This document shows, in pieces, positions 50,111 through 61,775 of a DNA stretch of 64,000 bases. Position numbers and translations under genes: made by a program. The notes under the pieces were generated by a model that was given only the letters and a program-made list of their open reading frames with translations, ran no database searches and was not told where the DNA came from. Within the stretch, counting starts at the first letter, position 1, and every line of letters begins with the position of its first letter. The stretch comes from Camelus ferus (Eukaryota), in the NCBI RefSeq assembly GCF_009834535.1, contig NC_045700.1:29264001-29328000 (forward strand), read 5' to 3'.

Positions 50111-51345
50111 CCAGGGTCACAAACAGCTTCTGCTAAAGTATTTTACAATGCATTACTGTCATGGTAACAATAAATAGCTGGAGCAGAGCAGAGGCTGCTC
50201 TGTTCAATGGAGATGGCGTTCTCCAGTGGCCTTGAAGGCACTTATCTGAGTGAACCTTGTCACTTGGCTGGTCCTCTGACAGCCCTGGAATTCACAGCAA
50301 GTCTACTTCTAGCCTCTGCAATATTTTTAGGCTCTCTGAGGTCTCATCTCTGCATAATCAATCCAGCCTTTACTACCTAGTCCTTGAGATGATACAAAGC
50401 AAATAAAAAGAAGCAAAAATTAATGAGAAAATTACACTTTCATGCCAAAGAAGAACAGATTTTTTTCAAAGAAATTTGCCTGAAAGACCATACCTGAAAA
50501 AGATCTGAAAGATGTCAGGACAGCTCTAAAGAAGATTTATAATCTTTCTAGGTCCTTACACCTTCTCCTCAGGAAGCTGCCCCCAGGTAGACGGCAGAGA
50601 CATGACACTTGTGCTTATTTCGGCTGTTATTAACTAAGGAGCAGGGCTCTCTCTCCAACATATCCCACCTTTGACTTACAAGAAAAGTTCTTTTGGAAAA
50701 GAGTAATTACTGCTTATTTATTTTACTTCTTTCTTTATAATAATCACTTACCGTATTTTTTATTTCTTTCCACCAAATATGAGCAAGTCAACAAAAATAA
50801 GTTTCTCCGTATTAATGATTTTGTGATTATTTATACTACTATGGGCAAATTCTACTTATTCCAAATATTTGGTTATTTTCTTTTCCCCTCTTCTTGTTTG
50901 GCCTAAACTGCTTTCACGTTTTTCTCTCCTTCTGTTTCAGTTTGTACCAGCTGTTAACTAGAATAAGAGTTCTCTAACTTCCTAGTTAGGGATGAGGGTT
51001 AGAGAGAGAAATACCCAGAATTCCTTGGATAAGGGCTGGACTAGATTAGCCAGATGTGAGCACCTGGACAAAATTCCTGAGAGATTCTCATACCCAGTAT
51101 AAATCTCTTCCCCTCATCCACCCTCTCCGACCCAGACACCTCAGGCCCATCTCCCACCGCCCACCGCCCACCACCCACCACACAAAAAAAATTGAGAAGC
51201 ACTGACCACAAACCGAGGGCTTTATTTATTAAACACCTGAGCTATTTCTGTGCTGGCTCTCAGACCATTTAATGTTATACTCCAGTTTTAATGTTATCTG
51301 TTCATAATCAGAATTTCAGCTGTCTCTCCATCTCTCTCTTCCAAT

Positions 51346-51506
51346 CCTGGTTCTCAGCTTTGATTGCACGTTGAATCACCTGAGGAGCTTTTTAAAATGC
51401 CCAATGCCTGCAGTGCGCCACAGATCAATTAAAGTGCAATCTCTGGAGGTGAGACCTAATAATTTTTAAAACACCCCAGGTGATTCCAGTGGCTCAGAAA
51501 CACTGC
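51346..51506. mobile_element. MER5A MITE
   Basis: ggttctcagctttgattgcacgttgaatcacctgaggagcttt..ccccaggtgattcc..agaaacactg. Confidence 0.8.
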
Positions 51507-51616
51507 TCTAAATTTATTAACAAATGAAATGCTTCTAATGCACTCACTAAATTTCTACAAGAAGCTCAAACTCCAGTGGTTTTTTTAGACTGTTGTGTGA
51601 AGGAGTCTCTCTAGGA

Positions 51617-51768
51617 TAGGGTGGCCAGATAAGCAAATAAAAATACAAATTCTGTTAAATTTGAATCTCAGTTATACCAAGTATAATTTTTTAGCCTAAG
51701 TGTGTCACATTTGGACTATCTGACATTCAGAATTAACCAGGTGTCTTGTATTTTATCTGGTAACTTTA
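51617..51768. mobile_element. MER53 hAT MITE nested in a MER5-like element
   Basis: tagggtggccagat..gttaaatttgaatctcag..ttttttagcctaagtgtgtc..cttgtattttatctggtaacttta; TSD ctctagga / tcctagga. Confidence 0.85.
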
Positions 51769-52059
51769 TCCTAGGAGCTTATGACAATGCAGATTCCTGG
51801 GGTTCACTTTAATCCAGTAGATCAGGACTTCATCAAATGGTCTATATTTTTAGCAAGTATGTCTGTCAGATGATTTTGTTGCAGGTGATGGGACACATTT
51901 TTAGGTGAGAGGGGCTCAGGCATGGGGAATGCTGAAGAACCCACATAAGGTGCTCAGTTGAGCATTCCAAACAAAGGGAATTTATATATTGTTATTTTAC
52001 CTGGCATGAGTTCGGAATATCCTCCTTTGGAGATCTTATATAAAAATAGGTAACACTTA

Positions 52060-52270
52060 CTGATTAATAACTAAGGGCCAGACCTTGTGAAGTGTTGTGC
52101 AGGCATTGTGCATCTGTGGTCCTGACAACTCAGTGAGTCGTCTGCTGTGTTACAGCTGAGGAATCTAAGGCTCAAAAGAATGTAAGATGTCCAAGGCCAC
52201 ACAGTGAGTGACCAGCAAAGCCACAGCCACAGGGCCCGTGTTCGTAATCTCCGTATGATATTGCCTCTTA
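52060..52270 (-). mobile_element. MIR
   Basis: tacagctgaggaatctaaggctcaaaag..tgtccaaggccacacagtgagtga. Confidence 0.8.
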
Positions 52271-52319
52271 AATGTCTGGCCCCATAAGCCTACATTTTAT
52301 CATCAGGATTCCAAGAGAT

Positions 52320-52690
52320 GTTTTTCATTTATCCATTTAATTCATCTAACAAGTGTTTATTGAACTATAACTATAAATCAGGGGACTGAGGGCAGCTCTG
52401 GAGATAAAATTGTCAACAAGATAGCTGAATCCCTGCCTTCACAGAGCATATGTTAGAGTGAGAAGGACAAAAAGTAAAGTGAGTACAATAATGTCAAGAT
52501 GTGTTAGTGCTGTGAGAGAAAAAAGAATGTATGAGATAGAAAGCCATGGAAGAACCTAGTGGGATAGTCTAAGATGGCATTTGACTTGAGAGTGAAAGGA
52601 CAGAAAGGCTGTGGTCAAACACAGAAAATGAAAAGGAAATCATCCCAAGAAGAGACAGGGACACGTGCAAAGACCACGATGTGGGATAGA
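52320..52690 (-). mobile_element. L2a 3' fragment
   Basis: ttcatctaacaagtgtttattgaac..aatccctgccttcacagagc..ggcatttgacttgagagtgaaagga..cacgtgcaaagacc. Confidence 0.8.
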
Positions 52691-54703
52691 GTCATCAGCA
52701 GAAACTGACTCCTGCCTTTGGCTGGCTGCACAGGGAGACGGATATGGAAGGAGGGTGGCCGAGCATGGCGTTCTGGGAGGCTGACTGTAATTCTGGGTTT
52801 GCATTGTGTATGTTATGTCTCATTTGCTTCTTCCTCGAGCGATTGGAATATTAAAATGTAAACTTGCCATCTGAGCCACGTCCACCATGTCGTCATCTCG
52901 AGACTTTTATCATCTTGATAAGCTCACTCAGGCGTTGCATGTGAACAAGGTAGAGCTTGGCCGGCGCTCAAAAGGAAAATCAGATACAATTTGCAACATA
53001 GAAGACAGAGCTGAGCCGTCAATTAAGAGAACACAGACACAAAAATCTAAGTCATGTGAGGAGCAAGGAATCTATTTCTAAGGTACATTTAATAATACAG
53101 TATACTATTGATTTATCATATTTTATAGTATTATGTTGCCCCTAAAAGAATTCTCAGAAGTAAGGCTGCATTGGGTGTCTAATAACTTACTATACAAAGT
53201 TAAAAGTCAAAAAATATATTTATTTTTTCAGGATAGCTAGACTGATGATGAACGTTCGAGCGTGCTCACAGCTAATTTGCTTAGTCCTGTAGGCCTAACA
53301 CTTTGTATCCAGTTTCACTTATGCAGTGTCCATTGGGAGCACCGAGCCGTAGCACCAAAGGGCATGGGATTTAGACATGTGTAGGCTACGTTTCATTTGT
53401 CTGGACTCTGACACTCACTTAGCAACAATCGATGAGGCACTGATAGCATTACTGGTCAGAGCGATGGCACTGTTGACTTTAGGAGTCATTGTAAGCCCTG
53501 CAGGCCTCTGAACAAGGGATCCTATTTCACAAAAGGTAATGATTTTCAAGATGTGCTGGGTTTGACCCTTTACCCTCTTGTAGAAAAAGGAGCACGTGGT
53601 TGGGAATTAGGATCAGCCTGAGACTGAACCTTGGACTTAGCGCCTTTTATGTTTTCTCATCATTGAAAGAAAATGTAGGCCTGGTTGGCCTGACTCCCCA
53701 CCACACCCACCCTCATGGGACTCCACGCGGCCAACAAGTGCTACCCTGTAAAATCCAGGAAATGCCAGGAACTCTACACTGTGACAGCCCTGCCTTTGAA
53801 GAGGGAGGTCATTACAGTGTAATCATTCTGTTGAACAAGCACAACTTGACTTATCACCAGAACTCAGCTCTTCCGTCACTGTCACTTTAAAGGTACTGAC
53901 ATTTTATTGCCCTTGGATGAAAACTCAGGCAGACCCACAACTTTTTTTCCAGGCTTTTAACTAAATCACAATCATATGGCCTCTTTAAATCATAAATGAG
54001 TTCTTGAATCAGAAATTAGCATCTAGACCAGTATATTAATCAATGGCCAGAAATCCAGTGTCAGATCTTTTTCCCACCTCCAGCTCGGACCAGTCATAGG
54101 CTAAAAGTCTGAGGTGAGAAAAGGAGGCAGAACTAGCCCTTTATCTGTTTCTCTCCTAGTTTATCTTCCCTCTACCTCCCTCTCACCTTATCCCCATTTT
54201 TTGCAGGCTGATTTCTGACGCCTCTGTGAGAGGGCGGCAGTGGGGCAGGGTAGGGTTCTGTACCAGGATCAGAAAATTCTTATTTGACCTGGTGACTTTG
54301 CGAGCTGGCCCCACGCTCTCTGGTGAAGCCATGTGCTTAAAGTAGACTCTGCTGAGCACCCGTGTGGGTTCTTTGGCTTTCCCTGTGCCTGAGCACCTCT
54401 CACCTGGACTGTGCTCTGAATAGCATCTCCTGAAACTCTGTCCCACAGCTGCCTGGTTTTTGAAGAGAGGGTCTATTATAGCATAATCAGTATATTCAGT
54501 AGGCAAATTTTGAATCAGAAACAGAACCTAGCTTTTTCTTATTTGTTTTCCAATTTTCATGAGAAGGGCAATGAGCATTTTCTTCAACTAGCTTCTCTCC
54601 AACTCGCCCTCAGCCTTTATTTAGCTGTTGGCCCTCCTCACTCAGACACAGCTTTAGGGATTGCCAGGGGCCAGGGGTGTCCGGGCAGCAGCTCTCTCTA
54701 CAG

Positions 54704-54990
54704 CAGCACTGCCAATAGAAAGGCAGAGTGAACCACACCCATCATTTTAATTTTCCAGTAGCCACACTAAAAAGAAACATAGAAATAATGATGATAGTAT
54801 ATTTTATTTAACTCCATATATCCCAAACATTATTTGAACATGTAACTGATATATAACAATTACTAATGAGATCATTTAACTCTTTTTTTTCTGACATCTA
54901 GTCTTTGAAATCTTGTGTATATTTAACAGTTAAAGACCGTCTCAGTTTGGACTAGCTCTGTGTGGCTAGTGACTACCATATTGGACACTG
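54704..54990. mobile_element. MER33 hAT-Charlie MITE
   Basis: cagcactgccaatagaa..ttttccagtagccacactaaaaag..ctcagtttggactagc..gtggctagtgactaccatattggacactg. Confidence 0.85.
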
Positions 54991-55034
54991 AAGAGCTATT
55001 GAAAAATCTCTTTCATTCACTTTCTTTCACTTTC

Positions 55035-55930
55035 TCTAGTTTTTAAAGCAGCTTTGTTATTATAGTGTAATTTACATACCATCTAATTCCCCCATTTTAA
55101 GTGTACGATTCATTGACTTTAAGTAAATGTACGGAGTTGTGCGACAGTTGCCTCAATCCAGTTTTAGAACGCTTAGAATCTCTTGTTTTATTATACACAA
55201 ACTGAAAATAACCTGCCTACGTACATCTTTTACTAATTGTTGGCAATAGCCACGTATTAGAAATATTGTGCAAATACACCTTGTTTTCCAGTAGTTTTGA
55301 AGTGTATGTCTTCTTGCCCATTCTATAATCACAGGAGAGCATTTTGAAGGATTGCTTAATTTTTCCCAAGAGGTGTCTGTGCTGAGAATCAGTCTCTGTA
55401 TTCTGTATTCTCTGTATTATCAATAAGATGTTAAAATCGGTCATTTTCATCACCCCAAAAAGATGTTTTTCAGTCACTACCTGTTCCCACACCGAGGTCC
55501 AGGCAACCCTTAATCTACTTTTTATCTCTGTAGATTTGCCTGTTCTGCACATTTCCTATCAATAGAATCATACAATATGTGCTCTTTGCTTCTTTCACTT
55601 AGAGTAACATTTCTGAGGCTAATCCATGCTGTGGTGTGTTTCAGTATTTTGTTTCTTTTATTCTCAAATAGTATTCCATTATATGGATATACCACTATCT
55701 GCTTATTCGTTCCCTGGTTGATGGACATTTTAGTTGTTCCCAGTTTTTGGCTATTATGAATAATGTTGCTGTCAACATCTGTGTACAGGTTTTTGTGTGG
55801 ACATATACTTTAATTGTTCTTGGGAGATTTCTAAAAGTGAAATTGCTGAAACATATGGTAAATTTATATTTAATTTATGAAGAAACGGCCAAATTATTTT
55901 CCAAAGTATTTGCAACATTTCTCTCCACTT
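55035..55930 (-). mobile_element. L1MB7/8-like 3' end with an internal insertion of about 270 bp
   Basis: aaagcagctttgttattatagtgtaatttacatacc..ttttagaac|cattttcatcaccccaaaaag..gtagatttgcctgttctgcacatttcct..ccagtttttggctattatgaataatgttgct. Confidence 0.88.
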
Positions 55931-56999
55931 TCTGATTCTTTTTTATACATTCTTGATCTTACAAGGATCTAAGAGCCAAAGAACTGGTCCTCTACAATGT
56001 CCTTCAAAAATTCTGCACATAGGGCTCTGCATATTTGGTATCCTCACAGTTATCACATGGTCACGTCTGTAGATATTAAGTCTGGAAGAGCCCCCTTTTA
56101 ACACATTATAATACAGAGATTGATTCTCAGCACAAGCACCTCTTAGGAAAAGTTAAGCATTCCTTAAAAATGCTCTCCAGTGATTCTATAGAAGGAGCAA
56201 GAAGACATACTCTTCAAAATGAATGGAAAACAAGGTGTACTCGCACAGCATTTCTAATATGTAGCTGTTATCAACAATTAATTAGTAAAAGACGTACGTA
56301 AGCAGGGAATTTTCAATGTGTGCAGTAACAAACAAAGGATCCTAGAAACTCTTCTAGTATCCTGGGAGGGACAGACTTTCTGACTAAGTTGTTACTAATA
56401 GGCAGCCTGACTTCAAAAGACACCTTATCTCTCTCATGAGTACATCTATGATGGCTAAATTTTAAATTAAAAGCCCCTGGATGGAGGAAGAATGCAGAGA
56501 AACGCTGGATACAACCTCCATGCAGATTAGAGGAAACTAGTCTGTTGTTTCTTGCTTTTATCAGTTTAATAATCCTGTTGGGGTTTCTGAAAAAGCTAAA
56601 AGCCAATGTCTTCTGACTCTAGTGATTTCTCTTGGTGTTCACTGGAGGGGAATGGGAAAGACAATGTGTAGATTTAATCAGCATTTGATTTTCCTCAATC
56701 CCTTTGCATGTAGAGAGGAGCAGCTGGTAGCAGGTAATCTTGCCCTTGGGAATTATCAAGTAGAAGAAAGAGACAAGCAGCAGCTTTTACAAAGGCAGCT
56801 GTTATGAGACTGAGCTAAAGAATCACCAGGGAAGCAGCTGGGTTCACCATTTTCATCCAAGTAATTACTGGAAGAGATAGGTGGTTTTCAAGGTCAGTGG
56901 TAGAAAAAGGAACTAATGGCCAGCCCTTCCTCTGGGAGAACAGTCACAGGAGAGAGGATGAATGAAGATGTCAGTTTCCCTGCTTGCTTGAAATCAGCC

Positions 57000-57165
57000 A
57001 GGGTGGTGTTCAGAATCCGGTGGGAAAGACCAGAGTTCAAATCCTGCCTCTCTCAGCTCTTAGTTGTGTGACTTTAACCTCTCTAAGACTTAGTTTCTTC
57101 ATTTGCAACACAGAGACAATAATACCCAACCTGCTGGTAAGCATTAAAGGAGATAATCACATGGG
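57000..57165 (+). mobile_element. MIR
   Basis: gaccagagttcaaatcctgcctct..gtgtgactttaacctctctaagacttagtttcttcatttg. Confidence 0.8.
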
Positions 57166-58169
57166 ACTTATTTCTATTAAACTAATTCAGCTACTTCATC
57201 TAAAAGTCTCCGTCAAACACAATCAGCATCTGGTTGTCCTTCTCTTTTGAAATTCTTCCCATTAAAGACATCTTGGAAAATGTTTCCTGCTTATCACAGC
57301 CACTGTAACAAATCAGGCCCAGGACCTTTTAGAACCCATCACCTTCAAAAAATGAATCAAAGTAAATTAACCTCTTTTTGGAAACAAAATTTGCTAAAGA
57401 CTTATTTCTTGCATAACTGCTCTTGTGATCAAAACTAATTAATCATACACCCTCTGTATCAAGTTCTTTCTTTTAACAATCTATCTTAAATAAATATTAA
57501 AAAATGAAGTTTTTAAATGTGTACAAATTACATTCATCATAGTGTCATTTACATTTTTTTAAGTGGAAACAACTTCTGTGTTTAAAATTTAAAATAGTAA
57601 TAAAATAAATTACAATGCTTGCATAAAATAGGATATTTACAGACAAAACTATGTAGAAAGGTATTTTAATGACGTTGGAGATGCTGGGGAAAAACAACAG
57701 CAGGTAATAATGGCAGGACTGATACATATATTCTTAACTTGTTTTTAAAAAAAAATTGTACAAAATTGTACGTAGAGAAACACCAGAAAAGGTAAATCAA
57801 TGTATTAACAAAACCACAACAACAAGCAATTAATAAGCCATCACGACCTAGAAATGCTTCTACTTAGCTTTCAGCCTGGTATTGTGGCTCAACCTTGTTC
57901 CAGGGAGAGGGGGCCTTTGCTGTGGCTGAACTAGGGCTTCCTGGTTCCCTGGGGCTCTAAACAAGGCAGGTCTGATGTTATGTGGAGGTGGGGTTTTGGA
58001 CAATTTTGCATCCCCATCCTTGCATGCTATTAATAGCCATACTGAGCTAAACCTGGTTGCTGTTACAAACTTCACTGAAAACCAACTGTACTGTGTAAGT
58101 TTATTACGCAGCAGTCAAGGAGTTGGCTTCTTAGAATCAGGAAGAGCTTTTTGTGTGTTTGGAGAAGAA

Positions 58170-58172
<3 letters not shown>

Positions 58173-58214
<42 letters not shown>
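58173..58214. repeat. (CA)21 microsatellite
   Basis: Perfect dinucleotide run. Confidence 0.95.
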
Positions 58215-58215
<1 letters not shown>

Positions 58216-58265
58216 CAGTTTCCTTGAAAGCCATAGTAATCAATGTTTCAAAGAGTGTGCTTCAA

Positions 58266-58397
58266 GGGTAGGGAGGGTATAGCTCAGTGGCATAGTATGT
58301 GTTTAGGATGCAGAAGGTCCTGGGTTCGATCCCCCATACCTCCATTAAAATAAAGTAAGTTAATAAATAAACCTAATTATCTACCCTTCTCCCCAAA
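58266..58397 (+). mobile_element. Camelid Vic-1-like SINE with 16-bp TSD
   Basis: gggagggtatagctcagtggcatag..ggtcctgggttcgatcccccatacctccatt..aaacctaatta; TSD aaagagtgtgcttcaa (58250-58265) / aaagagcatgctccaa (58398-58413). Confidence 0.93.
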
Positions 58398-58399
58398 AA

Positions 58400-58565
58400 A
58401 GAGCATGCTCCAAACTCACATACATCAGAATTCCCTGGACAGTTGGATAAAATGCACATTCTTGGGCCCAGTCCCACATCCATTGAATCAGTCTCTGGGA
58501 TGGCCTCATGCTCTGAATTTTAAGCAAGCTTTCAAATAAGACATTCAAAGTAAAGCTGGAGAGGC
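58400..58565. mobile_element. MER5A-like MITE
   Basis: catcagaattccctgga..aaatgcacattcttgggcccagtcccaca..ttgaatcag..ttttaagcaagc. Confidence 0.75.
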
Positions 58566-58895
58566 TGTTTTCTGAGTGGCCAGAAGTTCCTATGCATAAT
58601 AGCAAGAAGTTTTGTTCCCCTCCGTTCTCTGTACACATGTTAATTTTCTCCATATTTATTTGGGCACATTCTACGTTGACAGTTAAGTCATTAAAGGAGC
58701 CCCAGAGAGCTGAGTTGAACTTTTCTGTGAACAGAAAAGCAACCTCATGCCTAGGACCTTAAGGCAATTTTATCACTGGTGGGAGAAGAAAGAGATCTTC
58801 ATAAAGCCTTGCATTTGTGTCACTTGCTCCATTTCCCACCAAAGAGGGCAATGACTTCAATTTCAGCCTTCTGACCTCTAGTTTTAAAAAATCTG

Positions 58896-58967
58896 CTCAG
58901 TGATAGAGCGCATGCTTGACATGCACAAGGCCCTGGGTTCAATCCCCAGTATCTCCATTAGGAAAAA
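58896..58967 (+). mobile_element. 5'-truncated Vic-1-like SINE with perfect 10-bp TSD
   Basis: ctcagtgatagagcgcatgctt..ggccctgggttcaatccccagtatctccatt; TSD aaaaaatctg (58886-58895 / 58968-58977) at a TTTT/AA L1 endonuclease site. Confidence 0.92.
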
Positions 58968-59876
58968 AAAAAATCTGTTCTTTTAAATATCAACAGTAAC
59001 AAATGTTATATTGACAGAGGGTTTGGGGAGAAGCTTCATCTCAGTATTGTTTTTCTTTCTTACAATATTTTTTATTCTGGTTTTCTTCTTTTATTTTCTT
59101 ATTACAGTTTTCTGCCATTGCTTTTCCATCTATTAGAGAATAAACAATATTCTTTCTAACTTTTTCCTTTTTTAGGCTTAAAATAAAATCGATTTCATTA
59201 TACACACAATGAATGCTTACTATTTGGACTTCAACCCCTTTTGGTCTTGCTCTCCCTCTTGGGACAAGGCTGATTCCCCCTAAGGGCTTATAAATGGACC
59301 CGGCTGCAATTTGCAGGTGCAGTCATTTTGCTGGAGCCCAAGACATGATTTACATATGCAAATGTTGTGTGGATGTGCCCAAACTGAGTAATTGTGCATG
59401 CAAATAGGTGATTAAATAGACAATTACCAAATCTGCATGAACAAATGGAAGTTGTGCATATTCAAAAAGCAGGGGGCACCTGAACATTATGCAAGCAGGC
59501 AGCTTGCCTCAAAGCCTGTGCAAATCTGGACCCTGGAGCCTCAGAGTTGCTTAAATCCTAGAGCAAGCTAGGTCTCAAGTTGCACAAGTGGAATTTACTC
59601 TTTGACCTCAGCTGCCACTGTAATGATCAGAACTCTGACAAGGTCATCTTCAGGAAGTACCGTGGCAAAAGGTTTCATGCCATTTCTTTCCATATACTAG
59701 GTTTAAAGCAGAAATTTAAACTAAATTTTTTTTATGACCAGTATTAAGAAATGAGCTTTGGATATATCAGTATGTCCACCTTTCCAAGCCAAACCTCAAA
59801 GCAGGTACAGAGAATCAATATAAATTAAACAACCATACCACAGTGGATGCAACTTCGTAATGCTCTTTTCCACAAC

Positions 59877-60466
59877 TGTTAGCAGATGGGGGGACCCCTA
59901 AATTAGGAAGCTCATCAAAGTGTGGGTCCTTGCCGCCAGCTGTGAAAGAATTCACGCAGCAGAGGTAGAGGAATGAAATGAACAGCCACTTTATTGCTCA
60001 GAAAGGGAAATGGAAGGAAAGTGCTCAAGCAGAAAGAAGGGAAGAGAAGCTCTCAAGTGGGGAGCTGTGAGCCAAGACCGGCAGTAGAGACAGCTCCAGC
60101 CCAGGTAAGGCCACGTGGACTTTTGTGAGAAGCTTCTGCCATTGCATCCTTGTTCCTGGTGTGCTGGGGCCAATCGGTCCTTGTATGGACTTTTCAGTCC
60201 TTGTATGGACTTTTCTGGCTGTTGTCATGGCAATTGTCAACTGTCATGACGCTGGTGGGCATGTCACTTAGCAGCTAATGCATTACAATGACCTTATAAA
60301 GAGGCTCAAGGTCCACTGGAAGTCAGATCCTCCACTGTCTTGAGCTCTGTGGGTTCTAGCCAGTTCTTATTTTTTCTCTTGTCTCCTGACACTTAGATAA
60401 GAGTAATTGGTTTCTAATCAAGGGAAGGGCAGGGGTATGATCCTGGGGACAACAGCCTTGGTAACA
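59877..60466 (-). mobile_element. MER41-like ERV1 solo LTR
   Basis: tgtta..taaca termini; gttgtcatggcaattgtcaactgtcatgacgctggtggg..gctaatgcattacaat matches MER41 architecture; minus-strand AATAAA at 59990-59995. Confidence 0.8.
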
Positions 60467-60860
60467 AAAAGGAAAGTTGCTTTTAATCAGAATGCCTGCA
60501 ATCTGGTGGACCCAGCATCCCCGTGAAAACAAACAAAATCTCCAAAGACTCTATTCGGCCATAAAAATTTTAAAGGGAAATGAGAGAATAATCTCAGTTA
60601 ATCATTGAGATAGGCGGTCAGAGTCGTCGCCATCCCCCAGGGCCTGCAGGCTTGTCCTAATCATCTGCTTGAGCCTGCTCTTCTACGACTCCTGGAGGCT
60701 TAGGCGACTTCGGCTTTTCTAAAACAAGAGGCAGGATTAGAGCCGGGGTGGGGCTGGGGGGACGGAACACACAACTATGTTGCCAAAATTGAAAGCGAGT
60801 CTTATTTGATCTTAGGTAGCAGTTTTTAGTTCGACTTTGTGGGCTAGAGAAAAACACCTC
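60467..60860 (-). mobile_element. Second ERV1-type LTR/internal remnant abutting the MER41-like LTR
   Basis: gaaagttgcttttaatcagaatgcc..tctcagttaatcattgagatag..gtcagagtcgtcgccatcccc; CpG-retaining. Confidence 0.5.
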
Positions 60861-61690
60861 TTGGTTTTAACTGTTCATTTCTTCACAATTTAAGATCTCA
60901 GTGCTCTACATCCCACATAACAGTGATGGATGGCGTTTTCAGTGGAGTACATCAATGAGAAATGATTTCACCTAACTGGGGGGCCTTTCTGACAAGAGAT
61001 TAGGGGTGATGCCTAGACTAGCCCCCTAGGAGCCAGAGAGTTTGAGGCAGCAAAAGAGTCCTGATTGTTGAAATTCTCATATTTTTTGTTGAGATATTTC
61101 ATCTTTAGGATATTCTAGCAGGATATTTTCCCACCTTCAATTTTATAGGGACTGCTTAGAGTCTTTTACTTCACAAAGTAAGACATGATATTATTAGAGA
61201 CCATAAAATCAATTACTCGAATCAATCAATAAACCTATTAAGTGAAATAATTTCTTTACTTTAGCATCTATCAGGAGGAGATTTCAAAACATTTTCACCA
61301 GGGGTCAGAAATGAATGGAATTAGCCCTGTTCTACAGAGGAAGTAGCTAAGTCCCCTACATGTAGACTATCAGGCAGCCCATATGGCATGCAGATGTGGA
61401 GAAACACCTGGCAAAGGAGATGCTCCGACACCAGCTTCCATGAAAGCACTCCTTTCACACATCTTCTACTCAAGTGCCTTAGAAGCTAATCAGGGAATAC
61501 TCCAGAACTGCAAGTCATGCTTATACAGTCCATCTGTCCAGGAATGTCTTTAGTGCAGAAACTCACCTCACCAGGTTAGTCTCAGAAGCCAAAGAAATAA
61601 ATGGAATTGTCACTTCTTCACTTTTCACGAGTATCTAAATAAGGTTTCCACCAATTAATCAAAAACCAGTGGCACAAATACTGCAAAGCA

Positions 61691-61775
61691 ATATATATGT
61701 ATGTGTGTACATATATATGTATATGTGCATAATATATATGCATATATATGTATTTGTAGATATGTGTGTGTGTAT
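61691..61775. repeat. Imperfect (TA/TG)n microsatellite
   Basis: atatatatgtatgtgtgtacatatatatgtatatgtgc.. Confidence 0.85.

Noticed and set aside
51617-51768. MER53 as a possible miR-1302-type hairpin
   Set aside because: The arm carrying the mature sequence (TTGGGACATACTTAT..) is largely deleted in this copy
53240-53450. ATGATGA C-box-like motif, possible C/D snoRNA (similar GTGATGA near 20965)
   Set aside because: No suitably spaced D box with a terminal stem and no recognisable guide sequence
57975-58271. ORF with poly-HT repeat
   Set aside because: It is the translation of the (CA)n microsatellite
59877-60466. MER41-like LTR as an interferon-gamma (STAT1) enhancer
   Set aside because: No TTCCNGGAA GAS motif is visible in this copy
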